A model generated the notes under the pieces. The model did not search any database, was not told the origin of the DNA, and saw only the letters and a list, made by a program, of their open reading frames with translations. Both the position numbers and the translations under genes were made by a program. A stretch of DNA of 32,000 bases. It comes from Candidatus Saccharimonadota bacterium. Its GTDB lineage: Bacteria; Pseudomonadota; Alphaproteobacteria; CAJXXZ01; 1604HC. How positions within the stretch are numbered: the first letter of the stretch is position 1; every line of letters begins with the position of its first letter. The stretch lies in NCBI RefSeq assembly GCF_008189285.1, contig NZ_CP043315.1, forward strand, positions 180,001 through 212,000. The letters run 5' to 3'. This document shows positions 1 to 8,899 of the stretch, piece after piece.

Positions 1-1
1 T

Positions 2-394
2 GCAAGTTTATTTCGTAAAAAAATTGGCAATGATTTCAAAGGATTTATTGATGCAGACAAAATTTTTACCTGTGAAGCTGATGTAATTGTTACTGATGGA
101 TTTTCAGGTAATTGTATTTCTAAGGCATGTGAAGGAACATCTAGATTTATTATGAGCAAATTCAATAAGTATTGGATTGTAAGAAAGTTAATATCTTTAT
201 TTTCTGATAGTGCAGATAGATATAATGGAGCTGTGTTGCTTGGAATAAATGGATTGTCTATCAAAGCTCATGGATCATCTAAAGAGCCTTCTTTGGTCAA
301 TGCATTAAGAACTACATATAGATTTGCTTCAAAAGCAGATTTATTGATGAAAAATCTTAACTCTATTGACTTTGAATCAAATGAATTACAATAA
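2..394 (+). CDS. plsX: Phosphate acyltransferase PlsX, C-terminal part (5' end lies outside the window)
   Basis: The frame is open from position 2. The translation ...VIVTDGFSGNCISKACEG...NGAVLLGINGLSIKAHGSS... matches the conserved PlsX C-terminal motifs (DGFxGN, LLG(L/I)NG..IK.HG.S). fabH lies immediately downstream, the classic plsX-fabH order. Confidence 0.85.
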   Translation, partial: ASLFRKKIGNDFKGFIDADKIFTCEADVIVTDGFSGNCISKACEGTSRFIMSKFNKYWIVRKLISLFSDSADRYNGAVLLGINGLSIKAHGSSKEPSLVNALRTTYRFASKADLLMKNLNSIDFESNELQ

Positions 395-399
395 ACAAC

Positions 400-1302
400 A
401 TGAATGATATGATGATTTGCGATGTTGGGATGTATTTACCTAAAAAAATTTTACATAACAATGATTTGCCTGATTCTTTAGATACTAATCATGAATGGAT
501 TCACCAAAGAACTGGTATAGAGACTAGACGAATTGCTGCTGAGAATGAAACAACTGGATTTATGGCTTACAATGCAGTGAAAGATATGAAATTTAAGAAT
601 TTAAAAATGATTATAGTAGCAACGTCTACTCCTGATGTTGCGTTTCCTTCGTGTGCTTCTTATTTGCATCAAAAATTGAGCGAGTCTCATGGTTTGTGTA
701 GAAATATTATGTGTTTTGATGTTCATGATGCATGTAATGGGTTTGTGCAAACAATGGATATAGCTTTGCAATATTTGAATAGCTTTGAAGAATATTCTGA
801 GGTTTTGATAGTTGGCTCAGAAACTATGACAAAATTAATCGATTGGACAGATAGAGGCACTGCAATATTGTTTGGAGATGGGGCAGGGTCAATGTTGCTG
901 AATAACAGTGGAAAAGTTTTATATAAATCCTCTAAGAGTATTCCAAATTATGATTCATTAAACACTAGTGGAAATAAGATAAATATGAATGGTAGAGAAG
1001 TATTTAAAACAGCCGTAAGAAGCTTTTCTGAAGATGTGAATAATGCCATGAATAATGTTGGTGAAATAGATTGGTTTGTGCCTCATCAAGCAAATTTAAG
1101 AATAATTGAATCTGTGCTTAAAAACACTAAATTGAATGAGAAATCGCTCATTTATAATGGAAATCTATATGGAAATACATCAGCAGCATCAATTCCTATA
1201 GCCTTTCATCAGGAATTTTCCAAAATGAAAAAAGGACATAAGATATTATTTAGTGCATTTGGAGCTGGATTGCGAGGAAGTAGTTTGTGTATTCAAATTT
1301 AA
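400..1302 (+). CDS. fabH: 3-oxoacyl-ACP synthase III (KAS III, FabH)
   Basis: 300-aa ORF. The N-terminus (...NDLPDSLDTNHEWIHQRTGIETRR) is typical of FabH. The catalytic triad context is present: DACNGF (Cys), PHQAN (His), GNTSAASIP (Asn). It follows plsX. Confidence 0.93.
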   Translation: MNDMMICDVGMYLPKKILHNNDLPDSLDTNHEWIHQRTGIETRRIAAENETTGFMAYNAVKDMKFKNLKMIIVATSTPDVAFPSCASYLHQKLSESHGLCRNIMCFDVHDACNGFVQTMDIALQYLNSFEEYSEVLIVGSETMTKLIDWTDRGTAILFGDGAGSMLLNNSGKVLYKSSKSIPNYDSLNTSGNKINMNGREVFKTAVRSFSEDVNNAMNNVGEIDWFVPHQANLRIIESVLKNTKLNEKSLIYNGNLYGNTSAASIPIAFHQEFSKMKKGHKILFSAFGAGLRGSSLCIQI

Positions 1303-1553
1303 TCGAATTCCTAATTATTGCATTTTAATCTGATTATTTGATAGGTGTTTATGTGTTCATTGTATTATTCTTAAGTTAACTTATACATTGAAATAATAAT
1401 TTGCATGAATGCTGAAGAATAATCATGAAAGTCAAATTATTACATGAAAAGAAGAGAGAGTAGTATTTTTAGATAATTTGCAGATTATATTCTTATATAT
1501 AGATGCGACAATGTTTTTGACATTTAATTAGAAAGTTTTTATATGAAAAACTC

Positions 1554-1587
1554 TTGACAAAAATAGGGAAAAGAGGCAAATTACTAT
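1554..1587 (+). promoter_or_regulatory. Possible promoter for the tRNA-Tyr/tRNA-Gly/tuf unit
   Basis: Perfect TTGACA at 1554-1559, about 45 bp upstream of tRNA-Tyr. The only -10-like hexamers nearby are weak (caaatt at 17-bp spacing, tactat at 1582-1587 with spacing that is too long). Confidence 0.3.
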
Positions 1588-1603
1588 TGTTACTCTTTGT
1601 TGG

Positions 1604-1688
1604 GGAGGAATGGTCGAGTGGTTAAAGGCAGCAGGCTGTAAACCTGCCGACGGTGTCGTCTACGTAGGTTCGAATCCTACTTCCTCCA
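1604..1688 (+). tRNA. tRNA-Tyr (GUA), class II with a long variable arm
   Basis: Hand-folded cloverleaf. Acceptor GGAGGAA/TTCCTCC, anticodon stem GCAGG/CCTGC with loop CTGTAAA (GTA), T arm GTAGG-TTCGAAT-CCTAC, discriminator A. CCA is not encoded. Confidence 0.92.
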
Positions 1689-1695
1689 TACTTAT

Positions 1696-1767
1696 GCGGG
1701 CGTGGTTCAATGGCTAGAATGTCAGCCTTCCAAGCTGAAGACGTGGGTTCGACTCCCATCGCCCGCT
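1696..1767 (+). tRNA. tRNA-Gly (UCC)
   Basis: Acceptor GCGGGCG/CGCCCGC, anticodon stem TCAGC/GCTGA with loop CTTCCAA (TCC), T arm GTGGG-TTCGACT-CCCAT. 72 nt, CCA not encoded. Confidence 0.92.
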
Positions 1768-1806
1768 TTTTTTACTAAGAGTACTTATTTTTTTAGGGGG
1801 TTACGA

Positions 1807-3006
1807 ATGGCTAAACAGCAATTTGAAAGAAATAAACCACATCTTAATGTAGGAACTATTGGTCACGTTGACCACGGAAAGACAACTTTAACAGCTGCAA
1901 TTACTAAAGTTTTGTCAGAAACCGGACAAGCTGAATTTAAAGGTTATAGCAATATTGATGCTGCACCTGAGGAAAAAGCTAGAGGTATTACTATTTGCAC
2001 AGCTCACGTTGAATATGAATCTGATAAGAGACATTATGCTCACGTTGACTGTCCTGGTCACGCTGATTATGTGAAAAATATGATCACAGGTGCGGCGCAA
2101 ATGGATGGAGGAATCTTGCTTGTTTCAGCTACTGATGGTCCCATGCCTCAAACTAAAGAACATATTCTTTTAGCTAAACAGGTTAATGTTCCTTACTTGG
2201 TTGTTTATGTTAATAAAGTTGATCAAGTTGATGACGAAGATATGATTGAAATGGTTGAAGAAGAAATCAGAGAATTGCTAGCTGCTCATGGATTTGACTC
2301 TGAGGAAAATCCTGCTCCAATAATTCGTGGTTCTGCTCTTTGCGCCCTTGAAGGACGAGAAGATGAAATAGGAAAGCAATCTATTTTGAAGCTTATTGAA
2401 GCTTTGGATACATACATTCCTGAGCCAACAAGAGAAGTTGATAAAGATTTCTTGATGGCTGTTGAAGATGTTTTCTCAATTGAAGGTAGAGGAACAGTTG
2501 CTACTGGGCGTATCGAAACTGGTAAAATTACAGTTGGAAGCGAAGTAGAAATTGTTGGTTTAAGAGATACTCAAAAAACAACAGTTACTGGGATAGAAAT
2601 GTTTAGAAAAGAAATGAAGGAAGGTCTAGCTGGAGATAATGCTGGTATCTTGCTTCGTGGTATTAAAAGAGATGACATTGAAAGAGGTCAGGTTATTGCA
2701 AAACCTGGTACAATTACTCCTCATAAGAAGTTTAAATGTACTGTTTATGTATTGAAAGCTGAAGAAGGCGGACGAAAGACCCCTTTCCACAGTAAGTACA
2801 GACCTCAGTTTTACTTCAAAACTACAGATGTTACTGGTGAAATCACACTTCCTGAGGGAACAGAAATGGTTATGCCTGGTGATAATGTTCATGGATTAAC
2901 TGTAGAATTAAACTCCAGCATTGCCATGGATAAAGAGTTCAGCTTTGCTATCAGAGAAGGTGGTAGAACTATCGGAGCTGGTGTAGTTACAGAAATCATT
3001 GACTGA
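1807..3006 (+). CDS. tuf: Translation elongation factor Tu
   Basis: [28 protein letters not shown]..., DCPGHADY and NKVD GTPase motifs are present. An AGGGGG Shine-Dalgarno sits 9 bp upstream of the ATG at 1807. The track ORF start at 1702 lies inside tRNA-Gly and is rejected. Confidence 0.97.
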   Translation: MAKQQFERNKPHLNVGTIGHVDHGKTTLTAAITKVLSETGQAEFKGYSNIDAAPEEKARGITICTAHVEYESDKRHYAHVDCPGHADYVKNMITGAAQMDGGILLVSATDGPMPQTKEHILLAKQVNVPYLVVYVNKVDQVDDEDMIEMVEEEIRELLAAHGFDSEENPAPIIRGSALCALEGREDEIGKQSILKLIEALDTYIPEPTREVDKDFLMAVEDVFSIEGRGTVATGRIETGKITVGSEVEIVGLRDTQKTTVTGIEMFRKEMKEGLAGDNAGILLRGIKRDDIERGQVIAKPGTITPHKKFKCTVYVLKAEEGGRKTPFHSKYRPQFYFKTTDVTGEITLPEGTEMVMPGDNVHGLTVELNSSIAMDKEFSFAIREGGRTIGAGVVTEIID

Positions 3007-3434
3007 TTTTTGTATATTTTTTTAAATAATTCAAGAATATTGAATTGTTTATTTATCATTTTGCAAATTTAAGATATTTATTTAGAATTTGATATTCAAA
3101 GTATTATTTTATAAAATTGCAAGTTTTTTACCAAATGCAAAACAAAATTTAGCAAAAATAATTTTTTATAATTTAATAATAGTTAAATATTTTTTAAAAA
3201 TAGTAAATAGTAAATTGAGTGTAATATTAGAGTTTGAAAAATCTATACTTTAGTAATTCTCAAAATAATTTTGTTTTCTCTTGAAATATAAATATAATAG
3301 ATTTTGCAATAATTCCATAATCAAGCTTTCTTTAATTAAGAAGATTTGCAATAAGAATTATTGATCTATTTCTTAAATCTTTCAATAAATTTCTCTTTCA
3401 AAATATTGTTTATTTGATAAAAAGTAAATTTAAA

Positions 3435-3466
3435 ATAAAATATAAGATAAATAAAATATAAGATAA
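3435..3466. repeat. Perfect 16-bp tandem duplication (ataaaatataagataa x2)
   Basis: Read directly at 3435-3450 and 3451-3466, in the 707-bp spacer upstream of the LRR gene. Confidence 0.9.
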
Positions 3467-3713
3467 AATTTGATAGGTAGAGAATGTGATAAAACTTAGC
3501 AACTTAGTGTTTATAAAATAAATTAGTGTTAAATTGCTAAAGAAAATTGTAATTTGGAGAATTTAACATTGCTTTGCATATATAAAGTCAATTGATATCA
3601 AGTTTTAAAGAAAATATACAAACAAAGAATAGTTATAATGCTTTTATTTTTTAAATGTTATTTGATTGCTTTATAATTTGCATTGTTATTGTTATAATGC
3701 TATAAATCCGTTA

Positions 3714-5588
3714 ATGAAATATAGAAAAATACTGCAATTTATTTCCATAATATGCGTTTCAGATATCAAATCTGACAAAGAATTATTCAATAAATCTATG
3801 AGCGAAATAAATGCTTATAATTCAAGTGATTTAAAAAGGCTTGAGACTGAAAAAGGCTACAAAGAATGCCTATTAAAAAGAAGTCAAGAAGAAGCATTAA
3901 AGATGTATTGCGCTTATCAAATTAGAAAAAAGAAAGCAGAAATAATAAAACTTCCAAAAAGTTACGATGAATTCAAAGAAAATGAAGCAAATAATTTTTT
4001 ATATATGCTTTGTATGGGAGAAAAAGATGTTTTGAAGGAATTGAAATCAATCAAGTTGACTAACTGGAACCTAAAATATATTCCAAGCAATATGTTTGAT
4101 GGCTTAGAAAGTCTAAAATATCTTAATATCAGTTTGAATCAATTAACTGAATTGCCAAAAGAAATAGGAAAACTGAAGAGCTTGACTGTTCTTGATATAG
4201 AGAATAATAATCTAACTAAATTACCAGAAGAGGTTCTTAGCTTATCATTGGATGCATTTTGTTATTCAGGAAATGATCGTAATTTAATATCTAATTCTGA
4301 GAAAATACTAAAAGAAGTGTCAATGCCTAGCTTTGAGAGATTGCCAAAAGAAATAGATCCAAGATATGAATATTTATTTATTGAGCAGAAAAATGACATT
4401 GCGACTTCTTTGGAAAAAAGGAGTTTGTATAATCCAAATGTGACAATATTGAGCATTGTGGGAGATGAAGGAATTGATCGCATTAATGCATGTGATTTGA
4501 TGCTGAATTTTCCTAAATTAGAAAAATTGAAGCTATTCGATGTAGAATCAATTGATTTGCCAATTTGGATCAGAGATCTGAAAAGTTTAACAAAGCTTAG
4601 TATAGGGCGTAATGATCTTTTTGCAAAAAAGTATAATTTAGCAATATTACAGAATTGGATAGGAGAATTGAGGAATTTAACAAAGCTTTGTATAGTGGGT
4701 AATGATTTAACTGAACTGCCAAATGGAGTCGCAGAATTGAGAAATTTAATAAAGCTTGATATATCAAGAAATAAATTAACTGCATTGCCAGAAGCGATAA
4801 GAGGATTGAAGAATTTAATGACGCTTCGTGTAAAACAAAATAAACTAAATAAATTACCGTATTGGATCGGGGAATTGAGAAATTTGGAAGAGCTCAATGT
4901 ATTGATCAATGAATTAACTGAATTACCAGATGATACTAAGAAATTAAGAAATTTAACAAACCTGAATGCATCGTATAATGATTTGGCTAAATTACCAAGC
5001 TGTATTGGGGAGCTGAAGAACTTAATAAAACTTTGTGTTTCAGGAAATCAAATAGCAGCGTTGCCAGAAGGAGTTGCAGAACTGAAGAATTTAACAGAAC
5101 TTAATATAGGCAACCAATTAATAGAATTGCCGAATTGGATAAGTAAATTAAATCAGCTAAAACTTCTTGATTTAGCAAACAATAAATTAACTGCATTGCC
5201 AAGGGAAATTGGTGATTTGGAAAATTTAACATCTCTTTATATAGGTGGCAATCAACTAACAGTTTTACCAAGGGAAATTGGGAAGCTAAAAAGCTTAACA
5301 GATCTTAATGTGCGTGATAGCCAATTAACTGAGTTGCCAAGGGAAATAGGCAGACTAACAAACTTGACAACACTTGATGTAACAGATAATAAATTGACAA
5401 GATTGCCAAAAGAAATTTGTAGTTTAACATTTGGAATTTTTTTCGAGTCAAGAGATGATTATGATTATGGCAGCAGAACTGACGGGTTCCATTATTCAGG
5501 CAATGGAAGTAGTTATATTTTGAGGGATAATTCTGATCCAGAAGTGTGTAAATGGCTTGGGGAGAGGTATGATTCCTATAGTTGGTAA
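3714..5588 (+). CDS. Leucine-rich-repeat (LRR) protein, candidate host-interaction factor
   Basis: Long ORF. The first ATG is at 3714 (the track start at 3666 is a TTG). There is a short LRR block (LKYLNISLNQLTELPKEIGKLKSLTVLDIENNNLTKLP). It is followed by 12 consecutive 22-23-aa repeats of the form LxxLxxLxLxxNxLxxLPxxIgxL, at roughly nt 4569-5426. The N-terminal ~125 aa and C-terminal ~50 aa are non-repeat and unrecognised. No Shine-Dalgarno is seen, so the start is uncertain. Confidence 0.85.
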   Translation: MKYRKILQFISIICVSDIKSDKELFNKSMSEINAYNSSDLKRLETEKGYKECLLKRSQEEALKMYCAYQIRKKKAEIIKLPKSYDEFKENEANNFLYMLCMGEKDVLKELKSIKLTNWNLKYIPSNMFDGLESLKYLNISLNQLTELPKEIGKLKSLTVLDIENNNLTKLPEEVLSLSLDAFCYSGNDRNLISNSEKILKEVSMPSFERLPKEIDPRYEYLFIEQKNDIATSLEKRSLYNPNVTILSIVGDEGIDRINACDLMLNFPKLEKLKLFDVESIDLPIWIRDLKSLTKLSIGRNDLFAKKYNLAILQNWIGELRNLTKLCIVGNDLTELPNGVAELRNLIKLDISRNKLTALPEAIRGLKNLMTLRVKQNKLNKLPYWIGELRNLEELNVLINELTELPDDTKKLRNLTNLNASYNDLAKLPSCIGELKNLIKLCVSGNQIAALPEGVAELKNLTELNIGNQLIELPNWISKLNQLKLLDLANNKLTALPREIGDLENLTSLYIGGNQLTVLPREIGKLKSLTDLNVRDSQLTELPREIGRLTNLTTLDVTDNKLTRLPKEICSLTFGIFFESRDDYDYGSRTDGFHYSGNGSSYILRDNSDPEVCKWLGERYDSYSW

Positions 5589-5676
5589 TGCTCATTCCGC
5601 TAATTTCAACAATTTTATTCTCTATTTTGAATTTTTAAAACTCCCTCTGTTAATTTTATCTGATGCGCGTCAATGG

Positions 5677-5698
5677 TAGCGTTTAGCGCTAGTTTTTT
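5677..5698 (+). terminator. Possible weak rho-independent terminator after the LRR gene
   Basis: tagcg-tttag-cgcta (5-bp stem) followed by g+TTTTTT at 5693-5698. The stem is short. Confidence 0.3.
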
Positions 5699-5778
5699 CT
5701 TTTGATTTATATAATTTGTGAAGAATATTTTAATGATAATATTGATTTTTTTCAGTTTTTATGAGTCAATTACTTTAT

Positions 5779-5850
5779 GCCGTTGTAGCTCAGGGGTAGA
5801 GCGTTCCCTTGGTAAGGGAGAGGCCGAGAGTTCAAATCTCTCCAATGGCA
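5779..5850 (+). tRNA. tRNA-Thr (GGU)
   Basis: Acceptor GCCGTTG/CAATGGC (one G-U pair), D arm GCTC..GAGC, anticodon stem TTCCC/GGGAG with loop TTGGTAA (GGT), T arm GAGAG-TTCAAAT-CTCTC, discriminator A. Confidence 0.9.
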
Positions 5851-6335
5851 GTTATTTTTGTTAAAAGATTTTCTTTTTTATTAATTTTATTCAATTTACC
5901 GTGAAATTTGCTTTTCATTTCTCCATTATCTTAAAAGTGATGATATAAAAAATAGTTATGTTTTTAGCGTTAAAATAAATTAGCAACAAGAAACTAATTG
6001 CTTTACCTTTTTGAAATTTAATGTGGCTCTTTGCTATATTTTACCTTTTTTGAAATTGAGCGAAATTTTTTCTATTTAATTGGGTGGTTCTTTTTCTAAT
6101 ATGGTAAAGCGCAATGTGAATTAAGTGTTAACAGATAGCCTTTTCTAATAATCTTTTGATTTCTTTGCAATATTCTTGAGTTTAAGTTTTGTATTAAACT
6201 GGTTAATGTTATCAGTATTAAATTCTTTCCATATCTGACTATTTATAATGCATATGCTAAGTAAAATAGTCGTGGGATTTTACATGCCTCAATTTATTTT
6301 GTTATTATAATTTTATTTATTAATGTTGAAATTGA

Positions 6336-6426
6336 TTACGTTGTTCGGATTGTATTGTTAGGTAATTTATTTAGATATTTAATTTTACGTTGTTCGGATT
6401 GTATTGTTAGATAGTTTATTTAGATA
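6336..6426. repeat. Direct repeat, about 42 bp x2 with a 49-bp period
   Basis: ttacgttgttcggattgtattgttag + (g/a)ta(a/g)tttatttagata occurs at 6336-6377 and 6385-6426, 40/42 identical. It lies just 3' of the MarC-family gene. Confidence 0.9.
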
Positions 6427-6454
6427 ATTATGGTTGTTTGTTTTTTGATAGTCA

Positions 6455-7060
6455 TTATATGCATTTGCACATCATTGAAAATCCATCTATAAAGAATTGA
6501 GCGGATAATGCTAGTAATATTGTTCCAAAGAATATGCTCATCATTCTCATATAAGTTGGTGAAATTTTGCTAAATAATCTACACCCTATGTTTAATACCA
6601 CATAAACTGAAATAATTGCCGCTACTACTCCCAATGAGGATGGAATTAATCCATTTGCACCTTCTTGCTTGATTATGGTTAGTATTGCTGTGAATACGCC
6701 AGGACCAGCTAATGTTGGAACTCCTATTGGAAAGAAATGAAGATCGCCTTTATGCTCTCCATCATTATCAATTGTGTGTCCTACAACCATATTATATGCT
6801 GCAGGACCTACAAGTATTGCTCCTGTGAATTTCATAGCTGCCATGGTGACTTTAAGCCCATCAAGCATTAATTGTCCAACTATGGAAAACATAATAACAG
6901 CAGCAGTTGCAACGAAGATAGATTTCTTAACCGTGTTAAGTCTTTGCTTAAGATTCATGTGCGGAGTGAAAGATATTATAATAAAAATATTAACAAATGC
7001 ATTAAATATAAAAAATATCGATGCATAAGAATTCAGAAAGATTTGTAAGCTACTTATCAT
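6455..7060 (-). CDS. MarC-family (UPF0056) integral membrane protein
   Basis: 201-aa polytopic hydrophobic protein with the family-typical FFPIGVPTLAGPGVFTAILT segment. Confidence 0.75.
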   Translation of the reverse strand: MISSLQIFLNSYASIFFIFNAFVNIFIIISFTPHMNLKQRLNTVKKSIFVATAAVIMFSIVGQLMLDGLKVTMAAMKFTGAILVGPAAYNMVVGHTIDNDGEHKGDLHFFPIGVPTLAGPGVFTAILTIIKQEGANGLIPSSLGVVAAIISVYVVLNIGCRLFSKISPTYMRMMSIFFGTILLALSAQFFIDGFSMMCKCI

Positions 7061-7120
7061 GGGCCAATGCTATCATGTTTTTGGTAAAGGGGCAATTTAA
7101 GCAAAATCAAGACATTTAAT

Positions 7121-7162
7121 AATACGCTAGTTTAATTTTAGAATACGCTAGTTTAATTTTAG
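7121..7162. repeat. Perfect 21-bp tandem duplication (aatacgctagtttaattttag x2)
   Basis: Identical copies at 7121-7141 and 7142-7162, 61-102 bp upstream of the MarC-family start and 3' of ctrA. Confidence 0.9.
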
Positions 7163-7220
7163 ATTTTTTACAATAAATTAATTTCAAGCAATTGACTGCA
7201 TTGATTGCAATTGTTTATTA

Positions 7221-8051
7221 TTATCCACTGATTGGTCTTTTTATTTTTTTAGTAGGCCTTCCAAATTCATCTTGTTCAGAGATAATTTTTTGTTCAGCAG
7301 AGTTTTCAAAATTGTCTCGAATCATTTTCTTTTTTGGAAGATAGTCTATTAAATTTTTACGCTGATCCAATCTGTATCCATTTCCCCATGAAGTTGCAAT
7401 TGCTGGACTATTATCATTTAGTTCTGAGTTTCCAAGTGCTTTTGAGATTTTCTTTCTCAATTTACACATAAATACATCTACAATTTTTTTCCCAGGCTCA
7501 TTGCAATCAGCATTGTAAAGATGATCTAGAAATGAATCTTTGTGCAAGAATGAATCTTTTCTTCTTGCAAGTAATTCTAGTATATTGTATTCAGTTTTTG
7601 TTAACATTAAATTTTTATCAGATATAGATACACATTTACGCTGCAAATCTATTACAAATGTTCCAATTTTTATCACAGAGGCTGAATGTCCATTGGACCT
7701 TCTAATAACTGCATTTAATCTTGCAAGCAATTCTTGTTTGTCAAATGGTTTTGGAAGGTAGTCATCTGCGCCATTGCATAAAGCTTTGACTTTTTGTGAA
7801 GTTTCAGAAATAGAAGAAAGAATGATAACAGGAGTTTTGATTTCGCATGCTCGCATTCTGCTTAAAAGCTCTTCTCCTTTTAAATCGGGAAGTATCATAT
7901 CCAATATAATTGCATCATATTCGTATAATCTAGCAGAATCAAACCCATCTTGTCCGTTGACATCATGGTCACATATAATTCTTTGAGATTTAAGCATTGA
8001 TGTTATCGCTGAAGCTACTGCCTTGTCATCCTCTATTAGAAGTATTTTCAT
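7221..8051 (-). CDS. ctrA: Cell-cycle response regulator CtrA (OmpR family) with a C-terminal tail about 45 aa longer than Caulobacter CtrA
   Basis: From memory of Caulobacter CtrA, the similarity runs end to end. Examples: MKILLIEDD, the phospho-acceptor Asp at residue 51 (ILDMILPD), GADDYLPKPF, RRSNGH.ASVIK.G, LTKTEY..LELL, VDVFMCKLRKK, WG.GY. An AGGAG Shine-Dalgarno precedes the ATG. Confidence 0.85.
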   Translation of the reverse strand: MKILLIEDDKAVASAITSMLKSQRIICDHDVNGQDGFDSARLYEYDAIILDMILPDLKGEELLSRMRACEIKTPVIILSSISETSQKVKALCNGADDYLPKPFDKQELLARLNAVIRRSNGHSASVIKIGTFVIDLQRKCVSISDKNLMLTKTEYNILELLARRKDSFLHKDSFLDHLYNADCNEPGKKIVDVFMCKLRKKISKALGNSELNDNSPAIATSWGNGYRLDQRKNLIDYLPKKKMIRDNFENSAEQKIISEQDEFGRPTKKIKRPISG

Positions 8052-8192
8052 AGACTTCTCTCCTATCTTTTATAAACAATAAGAACATTTTTCTGCAAAA
8101 AAGTAAAAAATATATGAATTTATATATTTTATTTATTTATATTTCATGTAAATTAGCTGTCATTTAAATAATTTAATTTATAATTTTTAAGA

Positions 8193-8207
8193 TTAATACA
8201 GTATTAA
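8193..8207. promoter_or_regulatory. CtrA-box-like site TTAA-N7-TTAA (TTAATACAGTATTAA) upstream of ctrA
   Basis: Exact TTAA(8193-8196)-N7-TTAA(8204-8207), 142 bp upstream of the ctrA start. It is also a perfect 7+1+7 palindrome. Chance matches are expected in DNA this AT-rich. Confidence 0.35.
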
Positions 8208-8303
8208 ATTTATTTCACAAATTGCATAAAGTTCTACTAAAGCAATATGCAAATTATATTATTAGAAATAATTTAGAAATAATTTATGAATAAATATTGA
8301 ACA

Positions 8304-8774
8304 TTAAAATGGAATATCTATGTCAGTATTATTTTGCTCAGGTGAGCTTTGTTCAGATCCTTCTTCAGAATAAGAAGATTTTGCTTCAGAGTAAGAAGAT
8401 TCTGATGATCCATAATCTTCTGATCCACCAAAGCTATCGCTTCTTGGGAACATTTTTAAATCCATCATTTCAACTTCAACTGTAGTTCTTTTTTGGCCTG
8501 CATCATCAACCCAAGAAGATGGTCTTAGTCTTCCTCTTATGTAAACTAAGCTACCTTTTTTTAAGTATTTGGATGCTATATCGACTAATTGTGGATTGAA
8601 AACTGCCACTCTATGCCAATCTGTTCTTGAAAATTTCTTCCCTGATTCTTTGTTCATCCACTCTTCTGAAGTTGCTACTGAAAATTTTGCTATCTTTGTG
8701 CCTTTTCCATCTCTCACTTCAGGATCATTTCCTAAATTACCAATGATCATAACCATATTTACAGATTTTACCAT
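8304..8774 (-). CDS. ssb: Single-stranded DNA-binding protein
   Basis: N-terminal OB fold (MVKSVNMVMIIGNLGNDPEVR...TDWHRVAVF), a Ser/Glu-rich linker, and an acidic C-terminal tip DIDIPF. Confidence 0.93.
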   Translation of the reverse strand: MVKSVNMVMIIGNLGNDPEVRDGKGTKIAKFSVATSEEWMNKESGKKFSRTDWHRVAVFNPQLVDIASKYLKKGSLVYIRGRLRPSSWVDDAGQKRTTVEVEMMDLKMFPRSDSFGGSEDYGSSESSYSEAKSSYSEEGSEQSSPEQNNTDIDIPF

Positions 8775-8834
8775 GGCATCATGCTATCATATGCTACTGC
8801 ACAACACAATTATTAAAGAAATTTAATGAAAAAT

Positions 8835-8888
8835 ATTCAATCTTCAATAAATAATTATTCAATCTTCAATAAATCTTCAATAAATAAT
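8835..8888. repeat. Short tandem repeats (tcttcaataaa x3, partly with a 22-bp period) in the ssb/ftsW divergent spacer
   Basis: attcaatcttcaataaataatt attcaatcttcaataaa tcttcaataaataat, read directly. Confidence 0.8.
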
Positions 8889-8899
8889 ACAATTCATTA

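Noticed and set aside
1702-1806. The track ORF extends tuf 35 codons upstream ([15 protein letters not shown]...)
   Set aside because: That stretch is the body of tRNA-Gly (1696-1767). The conserved EF-Tu N-terminus [12 protein letters not shown] starts at 1807 with a good Shine-Dalgarno.
1915-2892. Antisense ORFs inside tuf (1915-2100, 2626-2892), with similar antisense or off-frame ORFs inside ctrA, murA, rnj, gyrA, dnaN and the giant gene
   Set aside because: All are nested within strongly supported conserved genes. They are short, lack translation signals and encode low-complexity peptides.
3007-3713. Recurrent ttgcaa-containing words in the tuf-LRR spacer that might be further coiled-coil-gene relics
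   Set aside because: The matches to the gaattgcaaa repeat core are only 6-9 nt in very AT-rich sequence. I could not extend any of them the way I could for the 19.1-kb and 30.6-kb relics.
4262-4909. 215-aa antisense ORF (and a 62-aa one) inside the LRR gene
   Set aside because: It lies entirely within the strongly supported LRR frame. Periodic LRR codons commonly leave the reverse frame open, and the product is low-complexity with no start context.
8304-8420. A repeated Ser/Glu-rich segment (SSESSYSEAKSSYSEE) and its DNA repeat in the ssb 3' region
   Set aside because: SSB linkers are naturally low-complexity and variable, and the OB fold and acidic DIDIPF tip are intact. This is ordinary.
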